Of a stretch of DNA of 64,000 nt, positions 32,403 through 42,700 are shown one piece after another. The notes beneath the pieces were generated by a model. The model was not told the origin of the DNA, did no database searches, and was given only the letters and a program-made list of their open reading frames with translations. The DNA is from an uncultured Phycisphaerales bacterium (GTDB taxonomy: Bacteria > Planctomycetota > Phycisphaerae > Tepidisphaerales > Tepidisphaeraceae): the NCBI GenBank assembly GCA_963755915.1, contig CAVWLP010000002.1, forward strand, positions 1,728,001 to 1,792,000, read 5' to 3'. How positions within the stretch are numbered: position 1 is the stretch's first letter; the number at the start of each line of letters is the position of its first letter. Position numbers and translations under genes: made by a program.

Positions 32403-33925
32403 TTACTTCAACCGAAAAATCACCCACTGATCCTGCTGATCAAATCTAAGCTGCCCCGGCGGTATATCCGCCCAATTCGCATCTGACAATCCCGTCGCCC
32501 CCGCATCCTCCACCCACCCCGCCTGCTTAATTCTCTGAATAGTTGCCACCAGTTTCGGATCCGAATTCCGAGTGCAAAACTCCCTGTCCCAAAGCAGCAG
32601 CACGCCGGTCTGCGGACGCTCAATATCCTCCATCGACCACGGCGCCACAAACCTCCGGTCCCAAGGGCTCACATTCAAATAAAAATAAACCCCCGGATGG
32701 TTCGTCATAATCCTCGGATATTCCCCGCGCAGCTTGCTCCCCTCATACCACCGCACGATCTTCTCCGCCTGGCTCCAGCTCGCCGACTGCCTGATCGGCA
32801 AAAACGGATAGACCCAGTTCACCACCCCCGGTACAACCACCGCCAGCGCCCCCACGAAACCGCGCGCTTCCAGTTGAGCCGCTCAAACACCCACTCCCAC
32901 CCCCGCGCCGCCAAACATCCCCACAGCGGCGCCGCGATCAGCAGATATCGCGCCGACCCGCTGCTGGAAAATTTCCCCAGCCAGAACAGCAGGCTATGCC
33001 CAACAAGAATCCCCAGCGGCAACCCCGCAATTACCCAATCCACCCGCCCCGCATGCTCGCGCAATTTCCCGCGCGAAAAACAAAGCCACATCCCAATCCA
33101 CACCGCCGGCAGCGCAAACGGCCCCACAACCATCGGCAACACCGCCAGAAAATAAACGAGCGGCCCCCTCGGATACTCGCTCCCCGACTCATAAGGCCAA
33201 TGATCCGCCAGCCACATCCACCAGGGCCGATCCGCCGGCCCCACCATCACATGCCCCGCAACACTCCACGCCAAAACCCCCATCGGCAGCACCACCAGCG
33301 GCCGCCATTGCCGATTCAAAATCAGCACCACCGCCGCGAGACCAAGCAGCCCAAACCCCTCCGGCCTACCCAGCGGCGCCATCGCCATGAAAATCGCCAT
33401 CCCCCCCCACGCCTGCCTCTGATAACACAGCACCGCCACCGCGAGCACCAGCGCGAAGGGGAGCTCCGTCAATTCGGAAAAAGAATGCAGAAAAACCAGC
33501 GGCGACCCCAGCGTAAAAATCATCGCCAGCACCGGCCATCTCATCCCCTCCCCCCGCGCAATCTCCCCGGCCACGATCCCGCACCCGATGGCAATCACCA
33601 TGCTCGCCAGCCGCGCCCCCACCAGCCCCCCGATCCACGCCGGGATCGCCAGCACCGCCGTACACAACGGCCTTCCCCAGATATCCACAAAAAAAATCGG
33701 CTGCTCAAACGCATGCCGCGCAAAGATGAAATGGGTCGCCCCGTCCGATTCGAGAAAGCCCCGGGAAAGAAAACCCGCAGACGCCGAGCAGACCGCAAAC
33801 CCGAGAATCGCCCAGGCCGCGGAAACCCGAAACCCGAAATTCGAATGACGAATCAAATTCGAATGACCAAAATTCGAAACCCCATGGGCCGTTTCGTCAT
33901 TCGAATTTCGAATTTGATTCGTCAT
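32403..33925 (-). CDS. Multi-TM GT-C-like membrane protein (frameshift near 32846; start uncertain)
   Basis: ESDGATHF, DIWGRPL, LTELPFA, LGRPEG, SARYLL; soluble C-terminal part in ORF 32403-32855. Confidence 0.7.
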
Positions 33926-33949
33926 TCGAGTTTCGAATTTCGAATTTCG
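33822..33949. repeat. Inverted heptamer-repeat hairpin (GAAATTC/GAATGAC-type units)
   Basis: gaaaccc-gaaaccc-gaaattc-gaatgac... mirrored by ...gtcattc-gagtttc-gaatttc-gaatttc. Confidence 0.88.
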
Positions 33950-33958
33950 CGGCCGCCC

Positions 33959-35071
33959 CTACTCAATCTCAACTTCTACCCCCGCCTCCGCCGCGCGATA
34001 CACCCCATCCAAAATCTTCTGCACCGCCAGCCCCGCCTCCCCCGGCGCAGCCAGCGGCTCATCCTTCAGGCAGGCGTCCACGAAATTCCTCAGCTTCCGC
34101 GAAAACAGGTACGAAAAATCCGTCTTGCTCCCCACAAACGCCGCCGATTCGTTCACCATCGTCCCCGCCCGGTCCGTGAAAATCGTCGGCGGGTCCCACC
34201 GGCATCCCCCCTTGTCTCCCACCACCTCGAAATTCCACACGTCCTTCTCGATATGCCCCGCAAACATCGCCTCGATCTGCAAAATCGCCCCGTTCTCAAA
34301 CCGTATCTGCCCAATCGCCAGATCTTCAACGGTGTAGGTCTTAAAATCCCACCCCGGCCACTGCGACACCACATCCGACTTCTTATTCCCCATATACGTC
34401 CACGTATTCCCGGCGGCTGCGACGGGCTTGGGCGAGCCGATCAGGTAGTGCGCCATCTCAATCACGTGCACCCCGATATCGATCATCGGCCCGCCCCCCT
34501 GCAAATCCTTCTGCCCGAACACGCCCCAGTTGGGAATCCCCCTTCGCCGCAGCGCCTGGCACTTTACGAACATGATCTTCCCAAACGTCCCCTCGTCCCG
34601 CGCCCGCGTCAGAAATTCAGTATTTGGATGAAATCGATATTGGAATCCCACGCACAATTTCTTCTTCGCCTTCTTTGCCGCGTCGATCATCTTCTGGCAC
34701 TGGGCCGGATTCATCGCCATCGGCTTCTCAACAATCACATGACACCCCGCCTCCGATGCATCAATGCTCGGCTGCGCGTGAATCCCATTGGGCGTGCAAA
34801 CATTCACCGCGTCCGGCTCCTCCTTCTTCAGCATCTCCTTCCAGTCGGTGTAAAGCCCCTTGATCCCAAACTTCTGCTCCATGAGCGACAGCCGCTCCTT
34901 CTTCAAATCGACTCCCGCGACAATCTCCACATCCGGAAAATCCTTCAGCGCGCGGATATGCGTCTCGCTGATCCCCCCGCACCCAACGACCGCCATGCGC
35001 AGCTTCTTGCCGGTATATTCCTCTTTAGCTTCCGTCGCAAACGATTCGGTTGACACGCTTTTTTCAGCCAT
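33959..35071 (-). CDS. Gfo/Idh/MocA family oxidoreductase
   Basis: AVVGCGGI, VCTPNGIH, VIVEKPM, GGGPMIDIGVH. Confidence 0.95.
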   Translation of the reverse strand: MAEKSVSTESFATEAKEEYTGKKLRMAVVGCGGISETHIRALKDFPDVEIVAGVDLKKERLSLMEQKFGIKGLYTDWKEMLKKEEPDAVNVCTPNGIHAQPSIDASEAGCHVIVEKPMAMNPAQCQKMIDAAKKAKKKLCVGFQYRFHPNTEFLTRARDEGTFGKIMFVKCQALRRRGIPNWGVFGQKDLQGGGPMIDIGVHVIEMAHYLIGSPKPVAAAGNTWTYMGNKKSDVVSQWPGWDFKTYTVEDLAIGQIRFENGAILQIEAMFAGHIEKDVWNFEVVGDKGGCRWDPPTIFTDRAGTMVNESAAFVGSKTDFSYLFSRKLRNFVDACLKDEPLAAPGEAGLAVQKILDGVYRAAEAGVEVEIE

Positions 35072-35108
35072 TGTTGATTCCTTAAAAATAAATCTATACG
35101 AGAACTAT

Positions 35109-38100
35109 TTATCCCAGCTTCGCCAACTCCGCCTCCACTTCCGCAAGCTGGTCCTTCGTCTGCTGAACCAGCTTCGCCGGCGCCTTGGAAATATACGCTT
35201 CATTCGCCAGCCGCGCATCCAGCGTCTGTTTCTGTTTCGCCAGCTCCTCCTTGCGCTTGCTCGTCCGCTCCCGCTCCACGTCTTCATTAACCAAATTCTC
35301 CACCACCACGGTGCAATCCCCGGTAGACGCATGCGCAATTCCCTCGCCGACCGCGACGCGTGCATCAACGCGAATAGTACATTTTGCCAGTAATTCGATC
35401 ATCTCGCGACTCGCCTCGATCTCCGCCCGCACCTTCGGATTCTCCGACGCGATGATCGCGCTGACAACCGCATTGTCTTTCGCCTCGAAGTCCGTCCGCA
35501 GCCGCCGAATCTCCTGGATCACTTTCTTAACGCGCGGAAACAGCTCATTCTCCGCCTCATCATCCACCGCCCCCCGCCGCGGCCACCGCGCATGCACCAG
35601 CCGCTTGCTCCCCTCATTCTCAATCCACCCAGGCAAGTTCCGCTCCCCGCGCACTTCATTCAATTTCCACCAGATCGTTTCAGTAATGAACGGCACCATC
35701 GGATGCATCAGCCGCAGCACCCCATCCAGCACCGCCGCCAGCACATTCCCCGTCTGCCCCGCCCGCTGCGAATCCTTCATCGCCGGCTTCGAGGCCTCCA
35801 CATACCACGAACAAAAATCCTCCCAGAAAAAGTCGTAACAGATTTTCGCATACTGATCGAACCGATAAGCCTCCAGCGCCGAATCCGCCTCGCCAACCGT
35901 CCGATTAAACCGCGACACAATCCACCGATCCGCCAGCGACCATTTCGACTCGTCCAGCACCACAGGCTTCACGCTCGCCAGGTTCGCGATCACGAAATGA
36001 TTCGCCACGTTCCAGATCTTGTTGCAGAAAAATCGCCCAATATCGAACTTGTCGGACGTATTCCTCCCTTGCGCATCCTTCTTCACCGGCATCCGCACAT
36101 CCTGCGTTTCGGTTGCCATCAGCGTCAACGTAAACCGCATCGCATCCGCCCCATGCGTCTGGATGATGTCCAGCGGATCAACCCCATTCCCCTTCGATTT
36201 GCTCATCCGCTCCCCCTTGCCGTCGAGGATCGTCGGGTGGATGTAGACGTGATGAAAAGGAATGCCCAGCTTTTTCCCGTCTCTTCCCTCTTTTCCCTCT
36301 TGTCCCTCTTTTCCCCGCCCCCGGTACTCCGGGGGAGGGTGAGGGAGGGGGTTCCCACTATGTGCTCTATTTTTTTCAAGGCCCTGACCCCGACCCTCTC
36401 CCGGAGTACTGGGCGAGGGGGAGGAGTCATGCTCGCCCATATTATACATCCCCAGCATCACCATCCTCGCCACCCAAAGCGTGATGATATCCCTCCCGGT
36501 CGCCAGCACATTCGTCGGATACCACTTCCGCAATTCCGCCGTCTCCTCCGGCCAACCCAGAGTGCTATGCGGCCAAAGCCCGGAGGAAAACCAGGTGTCG
36601 AGGACATCGGGGTCCTGCAAATATCCGCATTCTTCCAGCGCAGCGATGATCTCGGTGTCCGCGGGATCGCGCACGCATATATCAAACAATTCGCTGTCTG
36701 GATCCACTGGGCCAAGAGGGCCAAAATCCGCCAATAATCGGCCGCGCCGACAAAGGCGACCTGCTGTTTCCCATTTTTGAATCCGATTCAATATCGTGGC
36801 ACTAGATGCGGAAGCTGGACCACCCATCGCCCCAGGCTCCCTCCACACCGGAATCCGATGCCCCCACCAAAGCTGCCTCGAAATCGGCCAATCCCTCTTC
36901 TCCCCCAGCCAGCTCAAATACTGCTGCGCATGCCTCTCCGGAAAAAACTCAACAATCCCCTCCCTCACAACTTGAAGCGCCGGCTCCGCCAGCGGCGCCA
37001 TCGTCACAAACCACTGATCGCTCAAATACGGCTCCACCGGCGTCTTGCTCCGGTCGCTATGCCCCACCTGCGTCTCATACGGCTCCTCCTTCACCATCAG
37101 CCCCAGCCCCTCCAAATCCTCCACCACCTTCTTCCTTGCCGCCTCCCGCTTCATCCCGGCATACTTCCCCCCATTCTCGTTGATGGTCCCATCCGGATTC
37201 AGAATATTCACAATCTCAATCGCATCCGCCTTCCCCAAATGCCGCTGCCACACCGCATAGTCATTCGGATCATGCGCCGGCGTCACCTTCACCACGCCCG
37301 ACCCAAACTTCGGATCCACCAGAATATCATCCGCGATAATCGGAATTCTCTTATTCACCAGCGGCAAATCCACGCTCTTCCCAATCGCCCAGTTCCACCG
37401 CTCATCTTCCGAATGCACCGCCACCGCCGTATCCCCCAGCATCGTCTCCGGCCGCGTCGTCGCCACGATCATCGCCTTATCCGTCCCAGTTATCGGATAC
37501 CGGATATGCCACAACGATGTCTTCACCGTCTCATGAAAAATCTCGTCGTCGGAGATGGAAGTCTGCAAGTGAATATCCCAATTCACCATCCGCTTCCCCC
37601 GATAAATCAGCCCATCCCTGAACAGCTTGAAGAAAGTCTCCCTTACCGCCCGCGCACACTGTTCATCCAGCGTGAATCGCAGCCGGTCCCAATCGCACGA
37701 GCACCCCATCCGCTTGATCTGCTCGAGGATCCGGTCCCCATACTCCTGCTTCCACTCCCAAATCCGGCGGACGAGTTCTTCGCGCCCCAAATCATGCCGC
37801 GTCTTGTTCTCCTTCTCCTTGAGCTGTTTCTCCACCACCGCCTGCGTCGCAATCCCCGCATGATCGATCCCCAGCACCCAAAGCGCATTAAACCCCCGCA
37901 TCCGGTGATTCCGGATCATCACATCCTGCAAAGTATTATTAATCGCATGCCCCAGATGCAGCGCCCCGGTAACATTCGGCGGCGGAATCACAATACAATA
38001 CGCCTCCCCGGGCCCCGAAGGATCCGCCGCAAAACACTTCTCCTCCAGCCAAACCCGATTGGCCTGCGCCTCAATCGTCGCCGGATCATAATTTTTCGCC

Positions 38101-38114
38101 GTTTCACCGCTCAT
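35109..38114 (-). CDS. valS: Valine--tRNA ligase
   Basis: PPPNVTGALHLGH, ATTRPETMLGD, KVTPAHDPND, ISRQLWWGH, DVLDTWFSS, RMSKSKGN; start could be TTG at 38120. Confidence 0.98.
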   Translation of the reverse strand: MSGETAKNYDPATIEAQANRVWLEEKCFAADPSGPGEAYCIVIPPPNVTGALHLGHAINNTLQDVMIRNHRMRGFNALWVLGIDHAGIATQAVVEKQLKEKENKTRHDLGREELVRRIWEWKQEYGDRILEQIKRMGCSCDWDRLRFTLDEQCARAVRETFFKLFRDGLIYRGKRMVNWDIHLQTSISDDEIFHETVKTSLWHIRYPITGTDKAMIVATTRPETMLGDTAVAVHSEDERWNWAIGKSVDLPLVNKRIPIIADDILVDPKFGSGVVKVTPAHDPNDYAVWQRHLGKADAIEIVNILNPDGTINENGGKYAGMKREAARKKVVEDLEGLGLMVKEEPYETQVGHSDRSKTPVEPYLSDQWFVTMAPLAEPALQVVREGIVEFFPERHAQQYLSWLGEKRDWPISRQLWWGHRIPVWREPGAMGGPASASSATILNRIQKWETAGRLCRRGRLLADFGPLGPVDPDSELFDICVRDPADTEIIAALEECGYLQDPDVLDTWFSSGLWPHSTLGWPEETAELRKWYPTNVLATGRDIITLWVARMVMLGMYNMGEHDSSPSPSTPGEGRGQGLEKNRAHSGNPLPHPPPEYRGRGKEGQEGKEGRDGKKLGIPFHHVYIHPTILDGKGERMSKSKGNGVDPLDIIQTHGADAMRFTLTLMATETQDVRMPVKKDAQGRNTSDKFDIGRFFCNKIWNVANHFVIANLASVKPVVLDESKWSLADRWIVSRFNRTVGEADSALEAYRFDQYAKICYDFFWEDFCSWYVEASKPAMKDSQRAGQTGNVLAAVLDGVLRLMHPMVPFITETIWWKLNEVRGERNLPGWIENEGSKRLVHARWPRRGAVDDEAENELFPRVKKVIQEIRRLRTDFEAKDNAVVSAIIASENPKVRAEIEASREMIELLAKCTIRVDARVAVGEGIAHASTGDCTVVVENLVNEDVERERTSKRKEELAKQKQTLDARLANEAYISKAPAKLVQQTKDQLAEVEAELAKLG
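36264..36431 (-). repeat. In-frame 168-bp insert in valS: two inverted family A REPs plus 9-mer repeats
   Basis: REP copies at 36313-36351 and 36381-36421; GGGAAAAGA-type 9-mers; translated as HDSSPSPSTPGEGRG...KEGQEGKEGRDGKKLG. Confidence 0.85.
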
Positions 38115-38318
38115 ATTCAAGCGAAAATCTTAAACGCTCGGACCGTCTTTGTCATATCGCCAATCGAATTTCACCGCCCGCTTCTCTGGAGATCGCGGAG
38201 AGCACGGAGAAAACAAAAAGACCACGGATTACACGGATGGGCACGGATAAGATGACCTTCCCCACGTTTGGTGGGCGCGGCCTGAAGCCGGATAATCCGG
38301 CTGAAGGAGCGAATTGCC

Positions 38319-38621
38319 ATGGGACGCAAACATTATTCCAGGGAGTTTCAGGACGAAGCCTGCAAACTCGTCACCGATCAAGGCTACACACAAAGGAAAG
38401 CGGCCCAGGAACTGGGCCTTCCGGTGCACATCGTGCATCACTGGATGAAAAAACGTGGACTGATCAAGCCCGCGGCTGAGGAGCCCGCGTTTCCAGACAC
38501 CAACGATCCGACGCTGCTCAAGGCCCGCATCCGCGAGTTGCAAAAGCAATTGCGGCGGGTCGAAACCGAGAAGGAGATTTTAAAAAAAGCGACGGCCTAC
38601 TTCGCCAGCCAGAACCCATGA
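38319..38621 (+). CDS. IS3 transposase OrfA (HTH)
   Basis: RKHYSREFQDEA..AAQELG..W; coiled coil ending EKEILKKATAYF. Confidence 0.95.
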   Translation: MGRKHYSREFQDEACKLVTDQGYTQRKAAQELGLPVHIVHHWMKKRGLIKPAAEEPAFPDTNDPTLLKARIRELQKQLRRVETEKEILKKATAYFASQNP

Positions 38622-39478
38622 GATTCGCCTGGATCAAAGAACATTGGGACCCGTTCGATCTGGCCGCATTGTGCGATGCGCTGGAAGTCAGCCGCAGCGG
38701 GTATTACGCCTGGCTGAAACGTCCAGCCAGCCCGCGGCACAAGCGCCGGGAAGAGCTGACTGAGAAGATCCGCGAGGTTCATGAGGAGAGTCGCTATACC
38801 TACGGCAGCCCGCGGGTGCACGCGGAGCTGGCGGATCGGCAGGTGAGCGTCTGCGTGAACACGGTGGCGCGTCTGATGAAACAGGCCGGATTGCAATCGC
38901 GGATTCGCCGGCGATTCGTCGTCCATACCACCGATTCGAATCACGATGAGCCGGTCGCGGCCAATGTGCTGGACCGCCAGTTCGCAACTGAGGCGCCCAA
39001 CCGCAAGTGGTGCTGCGACATCACCTACGTTCCGACGGATGAAGGATTCCTATACCTGGCGGCCGTGATCGACCTGTGCAGTCGGAAAATAGTCGGCTGG
39101 TCGATGGCCGATCATCTGCGAAGTGAGCTGTGTCTGGAAGCGATATCGATGGCGCTGACACATCGCCGACCGGAGCGAGGTTTGCTGCACCACTCCGATC
39201 GCGGTGTCCAATACGCCTGCGAGACTTATCGACAGATGCTGGCGGAGCATGGGATGGAGCGGAGCATGAGCCGCACCGGCAATTGCTACGACAACGCGGT
39301 GATGGAGAGCTTTTTCAGCACGCTGAAGACGGAGCTCATTTATCACGAGCACTACGCAACGCAAGCGGAGGCTCGGCGTTCGATCTTTGAGTACATTGAA
39401 GTGTTTTACAATCGCCAGAGACGTCACTCGGCGATAGGCTACCAAAGCCCCGAAGCGTTCGAGGCCAGCCTGAACTGA
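38618..39478 (+). CDS. IS3 transposase OrfB (DDE)
   Basis: YGSPRV, WCCDITY, HHSDRGVQY, CYDNAVMESFF, FYNRQRRHS. Confidence 0.96.
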   Translation: MRFAWIKEHWDPFDLAALCDALEVSRSGYYAWLKRPASPRHKRREELTEKIREVHEESRYTYGSPRVHAELADRQVSVCVNTVARLMKQAGLQSRIRRRFVVHTTDSNHDEPVAANVLDRQFATEAPNRKWCCDITYVPTDEGFLYLAAVIDLCSRKIVGWSMADHLRSELCLEAISMALTHRRPERGLLHHSDRGVQYACETYRQMLAEHGMERSMSRTGNCYDNAVMESFFSTLKTELIYHEHYATQAEARRSIFEYIEVFYNRQRRHSAIGYQSPEAFEASLN

Positions 39479-39709
39479 CGATTTGGCCGCGCCCACCGAA
39501 CGTGGGGAAGGTCAAGAAATCTCTTTTTTATCTGTGAAATCCGTGTAATCCGTGGTTCTCTTTCTTCCTCAGCGCTCTCCGCGATCTCCAGCGAAGCGGG
39601 CGGTGAGACGCATTTTCCTAACTGTTCGGCCCAAACAGCGCCCGATCATACGCCGAGTAAATGCAATCCTGCGTATACAAATCGACATGCAGAAGATTCA
39701 TCGCCCCCT

Positions 39710-40339
39710 TCAGCGCCCGAACATAAACTCCCCCCCATCCCGCGACCCCAGGATAAAAAACAGCACGATCAAAATCCCAAACGATATCTGCGGATCCCTC
39801 GCCTTCGCCGCAAAATCCCCCGGCAAATACGGCCGAATCACATTAAACCCATCCAGCGGCGGCAGCGGGATCAGATTGATCAGCGCCGCAAAAAATTGGA
39901 TCACCCCCATCGCCCCGCAAAAAATCTGCCCCGGCGTCCAATCCGCCGCCGACGCCGCCGGATTCACCCACCCAAACCACGGACACAGCGGCGCCACGCA
40001 AACCCCAAACAAAATCAAATTCACCATCGGCCCCGCCGCCGCAACCAGCGACCGCCACCCCTTGTTCCGCAGCAGTTGCGTATTCACATACGTCGCCGCC
40101 CCCACCATTGGAATTCCCCCCATCGCCACAAACAGCAGCGGCAACACGATCGTCATCATCGGATTCGCATACTTCAACGGATTCAGCGTCAGCAACCCCC
40201 GCTGCTTGATCGTGTAATCCCCCCCAATAAATGCCACCAACCCATGCGCAAACTCATGCAACGTCACCGAAATAATCCACCCAATCATAATCGCCCAGAA
40301 AATCGGGCTCGACCAGTTGACCGCTGCGAGAGGAAGCAT
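39710..40339 (-). CDS. Site-2 protease (peptidase M50)
   Basis: LHEFAHG, TLNPL, AAAGP, NLIPLPPLDG. Confidence 0.94.
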   Translation of the reverse strand: MLPLAAVNWSSPIFWAIMIGWIISVTLHEFAHGLVAFIGGDYTIKQRGLLTLNPLKYANPMMTIVLPLLFVAMGGIPMVGAATYVNTQLLRNKGWRSLVAAAGPMVNLILFGVCVAPLCPWFGWVNPAASAADWTPGQIFCGAMGVIQFFAALINLIPLPPLDGFNVIRPYLPGDFAAKARDPQISFGILIVLFFILGSRDGGEFMFGR

Positions 40340-40553
40340 CGACGAGAATATAGGCGAAAGCCCCGCGCTTTCCTCATCCCCCTCGCTCGCTGGCCCATTT
40401 GACTTTTAGCCTAACACCTCAAGGACGCACCGAACGTCACCAGGCCAGCCATGTGCTCTCGCGGCGGAAACGTGTTGGCATATACGAGCTAGCGAGTCTC
40501 CTCGTCATGAAAACCGTAACCGAAAATACTCTTTCTCCTCCGCGACGAACAGT

Positions 40554-42041
40554 TAATCCCGTTCGGCACGCAGGCTTCATCGGAGCATTCCAAAGCTGTG
40601 GAGGACGCGAAACAATTGAAGCTTAGATACTTTTACTTTCCCCTGCTGCACGCCGGCGTCCGCAAGAGCGCAGCATCAACCGCGAGGTCTCCGCGGCGAC
40701 GGATTCCCCTTCAGTTTACTCCCAGTTTTTTCAAGGCCTCCGCTCTTGCCCTCAGCTTAATCCCGGTGTTATCCGGCTTGTTCAGGAATCGAAGCACGTC
40801 CTGTTCCTCGGCCAGCCCCAGCAGATACCAGCCGATCATGTTCCGCATCGCCTTGTTCGGCTTCCTGCCGCTGATCAGCTGAATCAGCACGCAGACGATC
40901 AGCGCCAGTGGATTTGGATGTCGATCCCCTCCTGGCGTTGGCTCAGCAGGTGACGCATGCCCAGCAGTTGCTTGAAGATCCGGAAGAACAACTCAACGGT
41001 GTAGCGGTACAGATAAATCAGGGCGATCAATTCCGCCGGCAGGTCCAGCAGGTTCGTGTACAGGATGATCAGGTCCGTCGGCTTGTTGCCGCTGCGCGTG
41101 CGGCGCGGATGGGGTTTCACCTGCACTTCCACCCGTCGCACCACCCTATCCGCCGCCGTCTCCAGGCCGTCGAGTTTCACCAGCGCGTCTCGCACCACGC
41201 CGCCGTCCAATGCTTCCTGTGAAAGCAATCGTTCTTCAAACAGCTCAAACACCGAGTTTTCCGCGGCCCGCATCACAAAGGAGCTTTGCGCCGCGGCGAT
41301 GTCCGCAAAGAGGCTCCGGTCGGCGTAGCCGCCGTCTCCTACATAGCACCGTCCTGCTTCCAGGCTGCGCCGCAGGACGTTGTTTTCACGGTTGGCCCCC
41401 GCGTTGCGAGCGCCAGTGCGGTCGAGGCGATGGACTTTGAACGTCTCCAGATCGAATTGAACGTGCAAACGCCAGCCATAGACCGCTTTCCCGTCCCGGG
41501 AGGTGTTGTAGCGCGCATCGATGCCGCAAGCGGATTTGGCCAGCCGACTCAGCGCCGTCAGCACCGTCCCGTCGACCAGCGTGATCGCCTGCCCAAAGTC
41601 CGCAAGACGCGGATCGGGCGCCGGGGCAGTTCCCCCGCCAATTCCTCAATCAGCGGCGTCAAACGCCCCGGCTCGAACACCCGAACCGATTCAGAGAAAC
41701 TGCCCACGGAAAAACGCTTAATTCCCAGCGCCTTGGCCACCTTGGGCAGTTCAGCAACCTCCTGAAGATCCCGCAGGGATTGGATCAGCGGATTCCAGGT
41801 GTAAAGCAAAACCAGCTTGCAATAATCGTCGAAGTGAAGCTGGCGGTTCCCGGCTCGATCCCGCTCACAGCCCACATCCCGCAGCGTGGGCAGCAGCGCG
41901 AAGACGCGCCGCAGATGTCCGAGGCACAGGATCTCTTTTTCCTTCAGTCTTGCCTGCACGTCCGGCAGCATGCCATAAAAAGATCAAAGGCGCAATCTCA
42001 ATATCTTGCTGCTTGCGCGAACCCCGTGCCGAACGGGATTA
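40554..42041 (-). mobile_element. IS4-family insertion sequence, 1488 bp, complete ends
   Basis: Perfect 17-bp IR taatcccgttcggcacg; 9-bp target duplication acgaacagt (40545-40553 and 42042-42050). Confidence 0.93.
40711..41971 (-). CDS. IS4-family DDE transposase (frameshifts near 41618 and 40902)
   Basis: CYVGDGGY, IYLYRYTVELFFRIFKQ (YREK-like signature); C-terminus ...ALKKLGVN* ends at 40711. Confidence 0.9.
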
Positions 42042-42084
42042 ACGAACAGTCACACGTTATTCTCCCCCACGCTATAATCCCCCA

Positions 42085-42654
42085 ATGCTCGTGCTTATCG
42101 ATAACTACGACTCCTTCACCTACAACCTCGTCCAAAAACTTGGCGAAGTAGACCCCTCCCGCGAAATCCGCGTCTTCCGAAACGACAAGGTCACCCTCCC
42201 CGAAATCGAGGCCCTCAAACCCACCCACATCGTCATCTCCCCCGGCCCCTGCACCCCCAAAGAAGGCGGCATCAGCAACGACATCATCCGCCACTTCGGT
42301 CCAAAGCTCCCCCTCCTCGGCGTCTGCCTCGGCCACCAGTGCATAGGCTTCGTCAGCGGCGCCATCGTCGAACGCGCCCCCCGTCTCATGCACGGCAAAA
42401 CCGACAAAATCCACCACGACGGCAAAAGCATTTACGAAGGAATGCCCAACCCCTTCACCGCCACCCGCTACCACAGCCTCATCATCCGCGCCGGCACCCT
42501 CCCGCCGGATTACATCGTGACAAGCTGGACCGACCAGGACGAAATCATGGGCGTCCGCCACACCTCCTGGCCCCTCGAAGGCGTCCAATTCCACCCCGAA
42601 AGCTTCCTCACCGAGCAGGGCGAGCGATTACTCGCGAATTTTTTGAAGAAATAA
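42085..42654 (+). CDS. trpG: Anthranilate/aminodeoxychorismate synthase component II (glutamine amidotransferase)
   Basis: IDNYDSFTYNL, ISPGPC, GVCLGHQ, RYHSL, GVQFHPES; could equally be called pabA. Confidence 0.95.
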   Translation: MLVLIDNYDSFTYNLVQKLGEVDPSREIRVFRNDKVTLPEIEALKPTHIVISPGPCTPKEGGISNDIIRHFGPKLPLLGVCLGHQCIGFVSGAIVERAPRLMHGKTDKIHHDGKSIYEGMPNPFTATRYHSLIIRAGTLPPDYIVTSWTDQDEIMGVRHTSWPLEGVQFHPESFLTEQGERLLANFLKK

Positions 42655-42700
42655 GTCCAATCCGTTACTTTGTTGGATTATTATTTCCGGAAAGGAGTCC

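Larger units (their letters stand above)
38253..39514 (+). mobile_element. IS3-family insertion sequence, 1262 bp, complete
   Basis: TG...CA ends; 30-bp IRs with one mismatch (tgaccttccccacgtt[t/c]ggtgggcgcggcc); 3-bp target duplication AGA; A7G slippery site at 38582-38589. Confidence 0.96.
38171..39606. repeat. Long nested palindromic element split by IS3 (arms 38171-38252 and 39515-39606)
   Basis: tcaccgcccgcttctctggagatcgcggagagc..accacggattacacggat mirrored by atccgtgtaatccgtggt..gctctccgcgatctccagcgaagcgggcggtga. Confidence 0.88.

Noticed and set aside
36264-36431. Intein in ValRS
   Set aside because: Only 56 aa, no intein terminal motifs, fully explained by REP sequence
29061-38255. 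Long antisense or alternate-frame ORFs (e.g. 29061-30956, 32996-35053, 36777-38255)
   Set aside because: Shadows of well-identified genes in high-GC, skewed DNA; low-complexity translations
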